From the NCBI GenBank assembly GCA_028023455.1, contig JAQFVV010000007.1, positions 6,634,001 through 6,698,000 on the forward strand: a stretch of 64,000 bases of DNA, read 5' to 3'. Shown piece after piece: positions 1 to 12,627 of this stretch. The notes under the pieces are model-generated. The model was not told the origin of the DNA. It was given only the letters and a program-made list of their open reading frames with translations, and did not search any database. Within the stretch, counting starts at the first letter, position 1. Every line of letters starts with the position of its first letter. A program made the position numbers and the translations under genes. The stretch is from Epiperipatus broadwayi. Lineage: Eukaryota; Animalia; Onychophora.

Positions 1-520
1 TGGAAGTTAAGACCATAACCCTTTATAGAGCACAGTATAATTATTGTCCGTGCTCACGATTTTATATAAATAATATATAAGGCACTGAAAGTTTCATAAT
101 GTAAAATTTTTTAAATGCTATGAAATGTGAAGATTTCAGCTCTAATTATCATCTACAATACATTTTTTTATTACAACTGTCATACTACACACACAAAAAA
201 CGGACAAATTGTCTGCAGGAGCCATGCATTTCAGGAATAACTTATTTTATCAGCTGTCTTGAAGCTCTGCCAACTATCCATATCAATGTGACAGCTGTAT
301 GACAACTTTAATATTATAATGACAACCAACTTAGTATCAAAACATAAATTCAAGTTCTATATCAATATATTTTGACTTATAGTACTCTTCATTATTGACA
401 TATTGTTGTTTCTCACCACAATACTTGTGCATATGACATTACTCACTCTACCATATGACATTTATATTTACCTGAACATATATTGTCTATATGCAGGTAA
501 TACTTGAGACAATATATTTA

Positions 521-1638
521 TAAGGTGAACCAGAAAGTAATCAATTTTTTTAAAGTACATTTTAAATATAAATTTTATTAAAGAAACAACATTATTCAAT
601 AAAAAAGTTTTTTCTTTGAAGTCAAAAAATGATATTAAACTCCTTTGTACATCACCTTGCTAAGGGAAAGTTGTATTTCTTATGCTGTGTTCTAAGGACC
701 TGAATTAAAGGACAATATCTAGCAAATATGGAAGATGTGCTTTACATTCTAACTGCTTAATTTTTCTTGAATCATTCTTGCAGAATATGGTTTTGAATTT
801 TTTTGCTGCAATATTACCTCTTTTTGACTGACAAGTACAGGACATTTAATTAATAATGCTTGATATAGTCTCTCTAACTGTTCACAATAGATAGCTGCTG
901 TGATAGTCTTACCTCATTTCATGAGTTCATAATTTCTTAAATATCCACCAAATGCACAACAAAAACTTTTGTGGATGAAGTCCATTTTTAGGTATTGGAA
1001 CTGGAGTTTAATTTGGAGAAACCCATTCTTTTTTGCATTTAATATTTTTATAGAGCATCCATTTTTTATCACCAGTCACAATTCATTCCAAAAAGGGGTA
1101 GTTTTGTTGTCTTATCAACAATAAATTGCAAATCATCTATTTCTGTGCTTTACTGTTGTCTGACAGTTCATGTGGTACCCATACCCCTGTTTATGAACTG
1201 CTAATTCTTATATGATTTGTTTTGGATCTGATTCAACAAGGGTCTTAAGAACATTGTCATTTAGAGTAAGAAGCCCTTCAGATTAAGGACAATCAGAGAG
1301 ATCAATTTTCTTTACTGCAAATCTCCTAAACCACCATTGACATTTGTTGATCTTCAATACATCTCCATAAGTTGAGCAAATGATTTTGGTAGCCTCGTTG
1401 GCATTTTTTTTTTGTGAAACAAAAACAGCATACAATGACGTAAATACTGCTTTTCAACTGTAAAGTCCAACCTATTAAATAAAATAATCTAAAATTTAAA
1501 AAAAAAACATACTTTTTAAATAAAAAATGAATTCTACTATTTAAATAAAAGTCCCATTTAATAATTTATGGTTCATTTGAATTAAAACAATCGGGTAAAA
1601 ATGAACTATTAAAAATAATTACTTTCCAGTCTACCTTA
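521..1638 (-). mobile_element. Decayed mariner (Tc1/mariner) DNA transposon with transposase pseudogene
   Basis: Minus-strand translation gives WVPHELS and IVTGDKKW (mariner WVPHEL and IVTGDEKW motifs) among many stops and frameshifts. Imperfect TIRs TAAGGTGAACCAGAAAGTAAT (521) and ATTACTTTCCAGTCTACCTTA (to 1638) are flanked by TA. Confidence 0.85.
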
Positions 1639-1719
1639 TACTTTTAATCTAAGTGCTATTTAGTTGTTAATCAATACAGTACTATTTATCTTCAGAATGA
1701 AGGGCAACATGGTACAATG

Positions 1720-2011
1720 TTAGACATCCATTCGTAATAATTGTAGCCTGTATTGAATCTGGGCTGAAAAACTTGAAAAAGCAAGTCTAAGGTTTTTCTT
1801 TCATGTAGACAAATCTAGCACTCTTAGCTAACATTTCAACACTGATTATTAAATGGGTATTAGCTATTTTTAGCTAGGGATAGGACTATTTAAAGATTCT
1901 ATCTCTTATTGCTTTTATTATGTGAAAAGGCTTGACTTACCTAGTAAGCTTTGTAGAAAATTTTGAATACAATTGTAATCTTGCACCAACCATAAAGATT
2001 CAACTTTGATG
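1720..2011 (-). CDS. Candidate last two coding exons of an unidentified host gene (2011-1941 and 1763-1720)
   Basis: Donor CTAG|GTAAGT at 1941/1940, acceptor TTTTCAG| at 1764/1763, 177 nt intron, compatible phases. Joined frame reads IKVESLWLVQDYNCIQNFLQSLLAQIQYRLQLLRMDV-stop. The upstream acceptor is weak and no homology was recognised. Confidence 0.4.
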
Positions 2012-2174
2012 CTGTATGTATAATGTTATATATTCCTTAATATTTCTTTACTTTTAGGATTATCAAACATATGTTGAGAGTCAAATGAACTCAATGAAAT
2101 CTATGAATTTATAGCATATATAATATACAATGAAGTCACTTTAAAAAAATAAGAAACACTAAAAATAATCACAT

Positions 2175-2480
2175 ACTTTATTGCCCAGGAGGTCACAAAA
2201 AGTAGGAGCACCAAAAGTGACCAGATCTGAGCTGCTTTCTATAAACCTGAGTTCCAAAATCTACCACTTTGTCACTACTCTAAGTCACAACAGAGCATTT
2301 TAAAAAATCCAAAAACATTAAGCCATAAAAAATTTCATGAAGATTATAGATTCACTTGACCAAAGAAGCTACTTAAGAGTTCGTAAGAAATTTGAGCATC
2401 GAGAGTGAAAAGAGCTGGGCCATGATTCATTAGCCTTGAACTTCAGAGTCTATTGCGTTACAGTTGCAACAACCCAGACA
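2175..2480 (-). mobile_element. Two pieces of an old tRNA-like SINE family (other copies ~6815-6950 -, ~19285-19385 +, ~19700-19800 -, ~21215-21340 -, ~37940-38060 +)
   Basis: Copies share a 3' segment like GTCACTTTTGGTGCTCAAA...CCTGGGCAATAAA and have degenerate tRNA-like 5' heads. They are highly diverged and were matched by eye. Confidence 0.5.
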
Positions 2481-3544
2481 GGACATCTAATTTATTAAAT
2501 AGGATAAATGAAAATTACATACTCATCAAAATGTTTAAATGTTATATTGTAATAATGAGTACTACATATTAGAATTTAAAATGAATTGATTTGTTTTCTA
2601 AATTAATTGGAGATTAGTTGAGTAAAGACATCAAGTGACTTTAACTCTTTAAAGATTTTTGAATTAAATTCAAACATTTCAGTGGCTCATAATCCAGTGG
2701 ATAGATATCATGAGTTGTCAAAAACCAATGTAAAAAATTACTTCTAGCTATTTGCTAACTTTCATTCATTTGATATCAGAAACTAAAATATAAATATTTG
2801 GTTGCATAATTTGTATATATACTTTAGTATTAAAATATCTTAAAGTTTGAATTGATGTCATCAACGTATAATTATAATATGTGAATTAATCTAAAAATTT
2901 TCTACCCTTCAATCATATGAGTTTGAATGAGCAAATCAAAGAAAAATTAAGCATTAGATTTGACATGAGTTTTAAAATGTAAAAAAAAAAAATTACTGTA
3001 TAATTTTAGATAAAAATCTTTACTTAATCTCTGTCTTAGATTGCAAATTCTTAATTGACTAGGAAATTTGTGACTTTCCCAAAGAAATGATATTAAGATT
3101 TAACTGTGATCACAATATAATAAAACATATTTACTTTTACACAATTAAACATGCACACACATATAATCGGCAATACTTTTATCCTTATATGTAATAAATA
3201 ATATACTAGTATTAATATACATTAATAATAACCATGAAAAAAACAGTTAGTATTTATTATAGGTGTTTTTTTTTTTTTTAGTGCATTTTCAGTGTGTGGA
3301 ACCATAATTATATCTTTTAAAAAATATTACTAACTTATGATTGCATACTAAATATCTATATAGAAGATCCCTGTATTGTGTTGTATATTGAATTTAAATT
3401 TTCCTCTAAAATTACTGAAGTAATATATTGCCATCAACCTGTTAGAAAGTTTGACTTTGGTTTACTGTATCAAAAACTTATTATGTTTTAAATCTCCATA
3501 GTTTTGCCTCTCTTTTCTTTTTAAAAAATGCCCACATACCTTTT

Positions 3545-3650
3545 TTTTTTCATATGTCAAAGCATCGGCTGGGAAGCAAACCCATGACAACTGTCTAGAA
3601 GACACTGCTTGCAAGGCAGCTGCACTGATCTCTTGGCTATGAACACTTGA
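3545..3650 (-). mobile_element. tRNA-Gly-derived SINE copy
   Basis: Minus strand has GCAGCTGCCTTGCAAGCAG...GGGTTTGCTTCCCAGCCGATGCTTTGACATAT, homologous to 28898-28990 and 15748-15800. Confidence 0.7.
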
Positions 3651-3749
3651 CACATATCTTTTTAATATCACTTTTATAATTCCAATTCCACATCATATAT
3701 CATTAATAAATAATATATTTTCATTACAGACTTTAATACTTCCACCATG

Positions 3750-4140
3750 CTAATTTGGTCCTTTCTGATTACCTTTTTGATATCTCCTCCAAATCTATTT
3801 CAAACCTTGATGTATGTTTTAATTTTGGAATGAAGATGATAAATATTGGATTCTGTTATCAATTTTTTTTAAAAAATCATTATATATGCAATATTTGATG
3901 TAAATAAGACCAATAAAATTGAACAAATAGTATCATATGATCATCAATTTTCTGCCATAGAGGATAACTATTAGATATTATAGTTTACTATTGCTTGGCA
4001 TTTCCTTCTAACTTTTCTATAATCAGCATCCATCAAAATCTTTTCTATCTCCTTTTCTCTCATCCTCTGTAGTTTCTTACAATATATCATTCATAATTCA
4101 TAACTTAGTTCAGTCCCATGTGGCTATTTAAGTTAGATAT
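3750..4140 (-). mobile_element. Decayed RTE-like LINE 3' fragment
   Basis: The minus strand has a frameshifted segment resembling the RTE ORF C-terminus (GH..R...ILEG.IEGKR pattern), heavily disrupted. Confidence 0.45.
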
Positions 4141-4258
4141 ATGGATTGGAAGACATATGGATGTCTGAAAAATTCAGATTTTCTACTTAATAGTTATACA
4201 TTAGACAAAGTACTGTGCTTGTACTGGTATTTTTAATCTAATGCTTGAATATCCTAGC

Positions 4259-4298
4259 ACCTCACTGATGGCACAAGTAGCAGAAACCAGTCTGGGGT
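4259..4298 (+). ncRNA. Degenerate type I hammerhead motif (family HHR3)
   Basis: ACCTCA-CTGATGG-...-GAAA-CCA-GTC-TGGGGT. Stem I ACCTCA/TGGGGT pairs, but A9 is changed to G and stem II is decayed. Downstream flank is homologous to 31800-31900. Confidence 0.6.
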
Positions 4299-4487
4299 TG
4301 GGGATATTCTTAAAGCTTGTTAAGAGCTTATTTTGTGAGCTCTATATATAATAATTCTTCTATCTGTAAGTATGTGCATAAAATAATTATTATTCTGCTT
4401 CTTAATTTCTTCAGTAACTTATTATTTTCAAGACTTAAATTGTTATATATTTAGAGTTGCATTATAGAATTCATATATATATATATA

Positions 4488-4810
4488 TGTGCTCTGCGCA
4501 CAGTTAATGAAGCTATTAATAAATTGTCAAAATTTTTACTGCCAAGCGCTTTCAGGACAGTCTAAAGTCCCATATTCATGGCGAGTTATTCTGATCCATC
4601 GGCAATCAACAGAAGAGAGGCCTGCTATTCCCTATCTCGTAAATGGTCCACGTAACATCTGCATATAAATTTGCATAAAATTTGCATAGTTTTACAGTTA
4701 TTAACAGAATAACTCGCCATGAATATGGGACTGTAGACTGTCCTGAAAGTGCTTGGCAGTAAAAATTTTGACAATTTATTAACAGCTTCATTAACTGTGC
4801 ACAGAGCACA
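4488..4810. mobile_element. Foldback/MITE-like element with ~106 bp inverted arms inserted at (TA)n
   Basis: 4488-4593 is a near-perfect reverse complement of 4705-4810, with AT-dinucleotide tracts on both sides. Confidence 0.9.
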
Positions 4811-5059
4811 TACACACATATATATATTAATTTATTTAAGCGTTAATGAAGTAAAATCTTAACTATTATAGAATTCAGTGAAGTTTGGAGAAAGTTTTTA
4901 ATATCATTGAAATGCACACACAATAGGCAGTTGTCTTCCAAATGACATTTCTAATGTTATAAATATTAAGGAAGATTTCAATGCACAAATATCAAATTAC
5001 ATTCTCTTCTATTGATGATACCTTAAGATTAGTTCTGAAGATATTATCTTCATATGGAT

Positions 5060-5440
5060 GTCACAGATGTTATCTCAGTGTGAATTAAATGTATTATTTG
5101 TAAATTTATCTCAACTGAATCATAATAGTGTTATTTTATTGTGAATGTTTGAAATGTTGCCATGATGGGATAAAGATGTCTTAATAGAAGGACTGAATAT
5201 TTGATGTAGATGCTGAAGAAGATATTTCAATGCTATTACAAAAATTATCTACATTCTAAAATTTTGGTTATCTTAATATATGAAATGGATGCATTATTTC
5301 AGTAGGAGAGTTAAATGTGTTATTTATAGACTTATCTCAACAGAAATTGTAAAGGTGTTATTTCAATGCGAATGTTTATAAATATTGTCATAACATAAGG
5401 AAGAGTATGTTGTCTTAATAGAAGAATTAAATATTTAACA
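5060..5440 (+). repeat. Diverged tandem duplication, period ~226-234 bp
   Basis: Landmarks recur: TTATCTCAAC at 5106 and 5332, TGTCTTAATAGAAG at 5177 and 5411. Confidence 0.75.
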
Positions 5441-6391
5441 ATGAAATTACTAAAATTATAATTTACCTCAGTATGAGCTTTGTACTAATATTTAGTAAAA
5501 TGATATACTAAAGATATTTGATTTAGAGTCACTGTAGGGTAATAAATTCCAGTTTTCAAGGTCGTGGATTGCATCTCAATCTGCTAGGACTTCATGTGAA
5601 TTTTCATGCATCTTAAGCAACAAAACATTTACACAGAGGGAAAACTCTCCATACAGAATGTGATCATGTGATGTTTAGTGGTTTAACAATAAAACATTTA
5701 TTTTTTGATGATATGTAATAGCCCTCATGCTCTTATTAGGAGAAAATGAACTATTAGAAGTATTCCTGAAAGGATGAATCTGATGTTATTGCCATTGGTA
5801 AGGGTCTGCTACACCAACAGCAATTCTTACTCTGAGTGCTACTGGAAGCAGATGCACATCTTTATAGCTTAATCTCACTCATTTTCATGATTCATGGAAG
5901 GATTAAAAGAGATGCATGATCCAATGGTTTTTATGACTAGATTCATATGTTTCTAGGATTTTTTATATACTTAAAAGTTCTTTATATATATATCAAAGAC
6001 TATTATTTTGTTATAGGAAAACAGTTACAGTTTTAAAAAATAGATAATAAATATTTAAATGCATTAAAACAAAATGAATATAAAAAAACTTGGTTATATT
6101 ACATATCTCTTTTAAAAAAATCAAAAGTTCATCTAAGAAAAGAAAGAGAAGATTTCAATAAAAACAAATAAAATCTATTTTGCATAAGTAAAATTTATTT
6201 TGTTGAACACATATGACCTTACATTTCATTAATAATTACTATTGGGTCAAAAGTAAATCCATAATGAAAATAATTATTCAATAATTTGAAAAATATAAAA
6301 ATTTCAGCAAAAACGATAGATACAATTTTCAAATTTAAATTGTGATTAATATAAATTATATTGAATCATTAAATAGCTCTTATAAATAAAT

Positions 6392-6755
6392 AAAGGGAGT
6401 AAATCAATTTTCCTATGGCTATGATTTAAAAGCACTCTGAATGTTGAACAAAGGAATCAAGAATAGAATGAATCCACCTATTTTTAGTTGCTCTGATTTT
6501 ATAAGCAAGGTGTTGGAGGTGAGATACTGTCTCCAGCCTTGTATTATTAATTATGAGTTTAGTAACTCTTAAGTGTCATATTCCATCTAGTTGATAAATT
6601 AATTTCACTCTGAATTGCCAACAATGTTGACAAAGGTATCCTTTTAAACATCAGAGCAACTAAAAATAGGTGGATCCATTTGTATTCTTGATTTCTTTGT
6701 TCAACATTTAGAGTGCTTTAAGTCATAGCCTGAAGAAAAGTTATTTACTCCCTTT
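6392..6755. mobile_element. MITE-like foldback element with ~105 bp inverted arms
   Basis: 6392-6497 (AAAGGGAGTAAAT...TAGTTGCTCTGAT) is the reverse complement of 6650-6755 with scattered mismatches. Confidence 0.85.
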
Positions 6756-8130
6756 GTTTACATATACATTGAGTTATGTTTAATTTAAGGATTCTTATAA
6801 ATAATAAAATCAAATGATTTATTGCTGGGGAATTTATAAAAAATTTGAGCAATGAAGTGACTGAATTATGCCAGCCATAATTTATAGATCTTAATCTTTA
6901 ACCTTGCCATTCAACCACTGCACAAACCATGCCAGGCAAAAAGCACTCTGAGTGACAGTAAAAAGGTAAATATTTCTTTTCAACTTTCCTGAAATACTAT
7001 CTCTAAATCAATGTGCATGTTATGTAGTGACATCGATAAGCTATTGACTACAACCATTTTAAAGCTTTAGCATATTAGAATGACAAGTTACTACAAGAAA
7101 TGTTTTGTCTTTCATAGATCATCTTCAATGCTTTCCCTGTCATTACTAAAACTTAAAGACCACTTGAAAATGTTCTTGAAACTTATAACTTCACTACCAT
7201 GTATGGTGTTGCATCATTTCAAATGTTAAAATAGCAGTTATTCTCAATGTACAAAATCTAATGTCAGCATGTGGTTACACTATGAATTAGCATTAGAAAC
7301 ACTGTTACATTTCATGTCATAATTTGTAATCCAGGTATGCTGGTGCTTCAAAATTTTTATGGTAAAAAGCAGAACTATGTTGCCACATGACATATATTGA
7401 GTCAGAAATAGTAACATAGGCATTTGGGAGAATCATTAATCAATTATATTTTGATTGGGACACAATAAGTATAGATAATATGTTGGTGGTAATGAAAAAT
7501 GCTGGATTGCTTGAGTTTTTAACTCAAGTTTTTTGATTAGTCTAGCCAATTGCTTTAGCAAAAGGTTTCCAGAATGCAGTCAACTTTGTGTATATATATT
7601 TAAGTATATACAACACTTTTTTCATCATGAAAGCAATCAGGTTGAATCATAAATAGGTCCTATTTTTAAATAGTAAAGAGATCTAACATACCATGAAACC
7701 AATGCTCATAATTTTCTTATTACTGGTGAAAACTGCATGATAATATATTTCTTTTTTATACCTATGCACTACATCTCATAAGACCAATTCTGATTATCCA
7801 AGAGCATAGTGGAATGAATACATCAAAAAAATTCTGAGGTTACTTGGAAACATTTCATCTATTAAAAATGATGTCAGCCTAAAAATAAACTCAAGAGTAC
7901 AGTATAGCAACAAGAACTACTACACTCCTTACACTGAGGCACAAAGACTAATGCAACATCAGAATGTGAAATTAATATAGCATTGTTTATAGATTACTAT
8001 ATAAAAATAAGCACTATAGCTTTGAATATTTTAGTGAAGAATTGAAAATTATTTCCAACTTATAATTCTTTTTTCATGCCATCAAACCACAGTCAGTCTA
8101 ATATGCGATAACAGTTGGTGATAACTAGAT

Positions 8131-8650
8131 TTAAACCACTAAATATCACATGATCACCATTTCTTATGCTTGCTCAAACTGTTAAAACAGGAAAAACTCC
8201 CCATACAGTAGTGACACTCAGTGCAAGCCAGAGTAATCAATGGATGCAAGAAAGTTTGTGCACAGGTTTAATACCAACCCTGCCTAATAGGATAGTGGTG
8301 GCTATGGTTATTAAAGAACCAAAGATATCAAAGTGTATGGGCACTAAACTGAGTTCAGACTTATATGACTATATAAGCTAGGATTAAAAATATTGTTTCA
8401 ATTTTAGATTCATAGTTTTGTAGTTAAGTAGAAATAAAAGGTGGCTGCTGGAGGGTTGCATTAGATCCTATGATGTAAGTATAGTACTCACAGATCTAAG
8501 GCTCCTCACTGATGAAAGCTACAAGCTGGAAACTAGTCTGAGGAATTGGATGAGTAGGCACTAGATAGGGATTTTATGCACAAACCTTCTTGCATCCATT
8601 GATTACTCTGGCTTGCACTAAGAGGCACTACTACATGGAGAGTTTTGACT
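8131..8650 (+). mobile_element. R1 element: HHR-bearing non-autonomous repeat, sense copy 8265-8650 preceded by an inverted 3' piece 8131-8263
   Basis: Homologous by eye to 18070-18312, 18692-18865, 29508-29950, 37222-37905, 40279-40452, 41968-42514, 42877-43170, 43212-43437, and to fragments at 5641-5686, 17825-17932 and 47865-47975. Confidence 0.9.
8503..8544 (+). ncRNA. Type I minimal hammerhead ribozyme (family HHR1), core intact
   Basis: TCCTCA CTGATGA A AGC TACAA GCT G GAAA CTA GTC TGAGGA. Perfect 6 bp stem I, CUGAUGA and GAAA core, GUC triplet, palindromic ACTAGT stem III. The base of stem II is an A.G mismatch. Confidence 0.8.
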
Positions 8651-8944
8651 GTGATAACTTAAGTTTTATAGTCTTGTTGTAAAACAAAGATAGAAAATTG
8701 CTCAAACTGCCATCATCCAGGAATAGCAGAAATTTCTCTATTACTGATCACTTTTGAAGGTTTTTTAGTAAGGCCCTTAATTAAGCTATTGTACCTTTTA
8801 TCTAATATAATTTCATTGTACTAGATCCCATTTAAGCTTTATCAACACTGCAAATGAGGTTATCAAAACAATCTCCTAATCTGAAACTAATCACATTATC
8901 CATATTTTTGTCATTATATTTTACATTGTTTAGTAGTTGATTAC

Positions 8945-9240
8945 TCATAGATGTAAAGGATTTAAGGAATTGAATGACTCAAATGTATCTGGACTGGACA
9001 TATTTCTAAAAAATATAATGATGAACAATTGAAGTGTTGAAATAGATACCAAGAGATTATAAAAGATCTAAGATATATTTCTAGGAAAGATAATAACAAA
9101 AGGACAATTGAAGTCTTTAACTGAATCCCAAAGGATTACACAAGTTCTTCAAGAATATCATACGTGGAGTGAATGGATAAAGAGATTGAAAGTGGTTGAA
9201 AATGATGATTATAATATAACAATGCATGTAAGTTATAATT
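8945..9240 (+). mobile_element. Decayed RTE LINE 3' fragment
   Basis: WTGHIS motif followed by a WIP.D.K-type segment, partly duplicated. Confidence 0.55.
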
Positions 9241-9540
9241 AAAATTTTAATAGCTAAGTTAATTAGTTGTGCATTAATGTAGTAATAGTAATTTTATTAG
9301 ATGTATGTAATAACTGATTATCTTCCTTACGGATATAAAGAAAAAATTGCATAATAGACACTTTTAATCCATAGTTAAAACTCTCTTGGTAATTATGAAT
9401 AATATTTCTGTAGTGTAATTTTCACTACTCCACTCTAATGCAAAGTAGGAACTGGTTTCTATCCACTTTTAACACCATGTAGAGGGATGTAATGATAAAC
9501 ATGTAACCAAAGACATGTGAAAAAGATCTATGATTCCCAA

Positions 9541-9610
9541 AATGCACATTTTGCACAAAAACAGCACTCATCAGTTGTCCTAGACTATAATCTCTTACAT
9601 ATCTTTATCA
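9541..9610 (-). ncRNA. Degenerate HHR2 motif in an R2 fragment
   Basis: Minus strand GGACAA CTGATGA GTGCT... with decayed stem II and GAAA. Homologous to 60011-60052. Confidence 0.55.
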
Positions 9611-9789
9611 GTGTTCAGTATATATGTATGTCAATAATTATTCATTATTGGATAATATCTAATCTAATGAATGATTAATAAAAAATATTGTTCTTAATAA
9701 TTCTTTAAATTTATTTACACAAACATGCTGTCCATACACACATATGTATGCATACAATTCAGTTTAGAGAAGTGGTTTCTTAAACTATT

Positions 9790-10090
9790 AGAAATGGGTA
9801 TGAAAGAGTCCAAGTAAAAAAAAACAAATAGCTATCAGATATCATTTAAAAAATTCAGAGGCTGAAATAAAGTAGAGATAAATATATTGCTAGATAGTAT
9901 GAAAATTGAGAAATAACTGAAGCCTCAAACAGATACCAAGTAATTGCAAAAGATCTAGAAAAAGAACACATGAATGCTGGATGGATAAGGTATGAAGATA
10001 TATAAGAAATAGAATTTATGAAAGAGAAAAAACTGGAATAAATTTGATAAAACCAACATTCTACCAGTAAACAGGATTAATTATGATTGA
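9790..10090 (+). mobile_element. Decayed RTE LINE 3' fragment
   Basis: Similar by eye to the RTE 3' ends at 15450 and 33860. Confidence 0.45.
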
Positions 10091-10254
10091 AATGAATTTA
10101 AGACAGAATGTGCGCATATTTATTTTGTATGAAAACATATCTGATTTGATGTATTTAATGTATTTGAAAAAAAAAAAGAAGATATTTATATAACTATACA
10201 TAAATAATATAAAAACTCTGTCAGACAATGAAAATTATTCTACACGAATAAAGC

Positions 10255-10383
10255 GTGATAAACAGAGCAACCAAAATGCAAAAAACATTAATTATTAATG
10301 ATTCTGGTATACAGTACGAAAGCGCTTGGCAAATTGTTGTTTATAATTAATGTTTTTTGCATTTTGGTTGCTCTGTTTATCAC
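10255..10383. repeat. Small foldback element with ~40 bp inverted arms
   Basis: GTGATAAACAGAGCAACCAAAATGCAAAAAACATTAATTA and its reverse complement flank a centre containing CGAAAGCGCTTGGC. Confidence 0.85.
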
Positions 10384-10504
10384 ATACATATATGTGATTA
10401 TATTTAGAGAGAAAGTTTGCTAATTAGCAAAAAACATATCTATGTGTATATGTAATTTTTTTTTATTGAACTGAGTAATAATAATTATATATATATATAT
10501 ATAT

Positions 10505-10776
10505 AATTAAAGGGGATTTAAACTCAGAATCCTAAGCTCACATGACCACATATATGTGATAAACATAAATGATCTCCAATATACATATTTCATGCTGACC
10601 GTCACTTATTACATGAATGTGGTTATGTGTATCGGTTATATTGATGAGTGCTGGTTTAGCACAAAATATGCATATTAGAAATCATTTAACTTTTTCACGT
10701 GTGGTCATGGGTACTGGTTATATTAGAGTTGATGACAGAAGGGAGTTTGAAAGTCTCAATTCAAATCCCCTTTAAT
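10505..10776. mobile_element. R2 element in inverted arrangement with a degenerate HHR2 on + (10637-10680)
   Basis: Ends AATTAAAGGGGATTT... and ...AAATCCCCTTTAATT are inverted. HHR2 reads TTGATGA GTGCT GGTTT AGCAC AAAA TATGCATA, a perfect stem II with C3>T and G12>A. Confidence 0.75.
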
Positions 10777-12039
10777 TACATCTGGCTTAAGTATACACAC
10801 TATACTTATATTTAAATGCACATATATACTTTTTTGAGCAACTGCTAAAATTTTACCAGCGCAAAATTACAAAAATTAAACAATTATTTCTATTCTTAAA
10901 TATTTAATTGATAAATTAATTTTTTTGCAAAAATATTAAAAGACACTACATAATAAAAAAAAATAGAAAGATTAATTCCATTAAAATTTTTTTTTAAAAA
11001 ATTAAAATACTAATGAGAAATACAAGACAATAATCCTGACTGATCTGGCCACACCAATAGGTATATTTTTAAAAAGAGCAAGAAAAATGGAATTTAATTC
11101 AAAATACTAAAAAAATCTGTTTATTTTAATCATTATATATTTTTTACTTCGAAATAAGAACTAATTAATTATTAAAATAAAAAGAAATTTGTATTTGCTA
11201 TTTTGATGCATACCATATATATATATGCGTGTGAGCGCACTTTTGTGTGCATGCAAAAAAAAAATTAAAACAATTTAATATCTGAAATGATTACGATTTC
11301 TTACATATTAAGTAAATAATAATAAATATCAATTTTCTGTAATTTTTTTTTTTTTTACATTTAAAATTGACATAATCTACATATTCGTATACAGTATATA
11401 TAAATTAGTCATTTCCACTTTATAAATTGTGTCAAACATTTACTATAATTAAAGTTGGAATAAGCATGTAGATGAATATTGAAATACTTCTTATATGAGG
11501 CTGATTAATTAAAAAGTTGAATTTTTCTTTACATCTATAAATTTCTTTGCTAGAAAGAATCTATTCGTATTTTAACAATGTGATGTGAGATTTTAATTTA
11601 TTTCAAATTCATTTGCATTACAAATAATTTGTTTAAATTAACATATTAAAAAAAGTTAGTCTAGAATTATTTTTTTTCGTAATTGATATGTTTGATTATT
11701 ATATATTAACTTTAATGTGCTTATTATTTAAAAAATAATCAAGAATTCAATTTATATTTTATATATTAAAAATAATATTAATTTGTTACCTGGCAACGAG
11801 GAAATTATTGCTGATAGAAATACACGATTTTAACATTTTTATTTTTGTTTTATTGGTTTATTAAATCTTTTCACTTTTATTAATAAAGTTTTTGAATAAT
11901 AGCATTTTTTATTTCTGTATGGGATAATACAGCATTAGAAAATAGTTTTAGTCTAATAAAATTGCATTTGTTCAAAATTCACTTTTTATTACATTGTATT
12001 TGTTCAGGATACTCTCTATTCAAGATTTTCTGATTTAAA

Positions 12040-12627
12040 ATTAAGACTTAATTTTATATACAGATAGGTGGATGAAAGCAGGCTAGCTTATGAATTAGTA
12101 TGGAGAGTAAAACGAGTTTAAATATATATAAAAGTAAACGGAACATTGGGTGTGAGTTAATTTATGATAATAGTAAGGAAAGTAGTTTATTGTTTAAGGC
12201 TCGAACGGGATCTTTAGCAACAAGGGAATATACACGTAAATGGAAAAATATGGGTGATTTAGTCTGCAAGTTGTGTAAAGAAGGCATAGAAAATATTAGG
12301 CATCTGTTACTTCAATGTAAATGTTTGGAAGCAGAAAGGGTACAAATAATGAAGTTATGGAAGGTTAAATATGAACAAAGTGATTATACAGAAAGTGAGT
12401 TATTGGTTTTTATGCTAGGTTTGGGAAAAAATAAAAGGGATTTAGATATGAAGGTCATGGAGTTGACAAAGATTATGTTGTGGAAATGGGATGGAGCAGA
12501 TTATGGGAAAACTTAGGGTGGACAATGGAAAAGGAAGGTAAAGTGGCTAACAGGTTTCTCTGGGCATAGCTGCTGAGAGATTCCTGACTCCATTTAAGGA
12601 GAAGTCACAGTACATCACATCACATCC
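12040..12627 (+). mobile_element. 5'-truncated non-LTR retrotransposon 3' end, ORF2 C-terminus with CCHC zinc knuckle and (CATCA)n tail
   Basis: ORF 12100-12516 has YDNSKESSLLFKARTG and CKLCKEGIENIRHLLLQC (C-x2-C-x8-H-x4-C). It ends GTCACAGTACATCACATCACATC. Homologous copies at 43925-44345 (-) and 42800-42872 (-). Confidence 0.88.

Noticed and set aside
2058-2114. Plus-strand terminal exon candidate DYQTYVESQMNSMKSMNL-stop
   Set aside because: No phase-compatible upstream exon was found, and the adjacent minus-strand model has better splice support.
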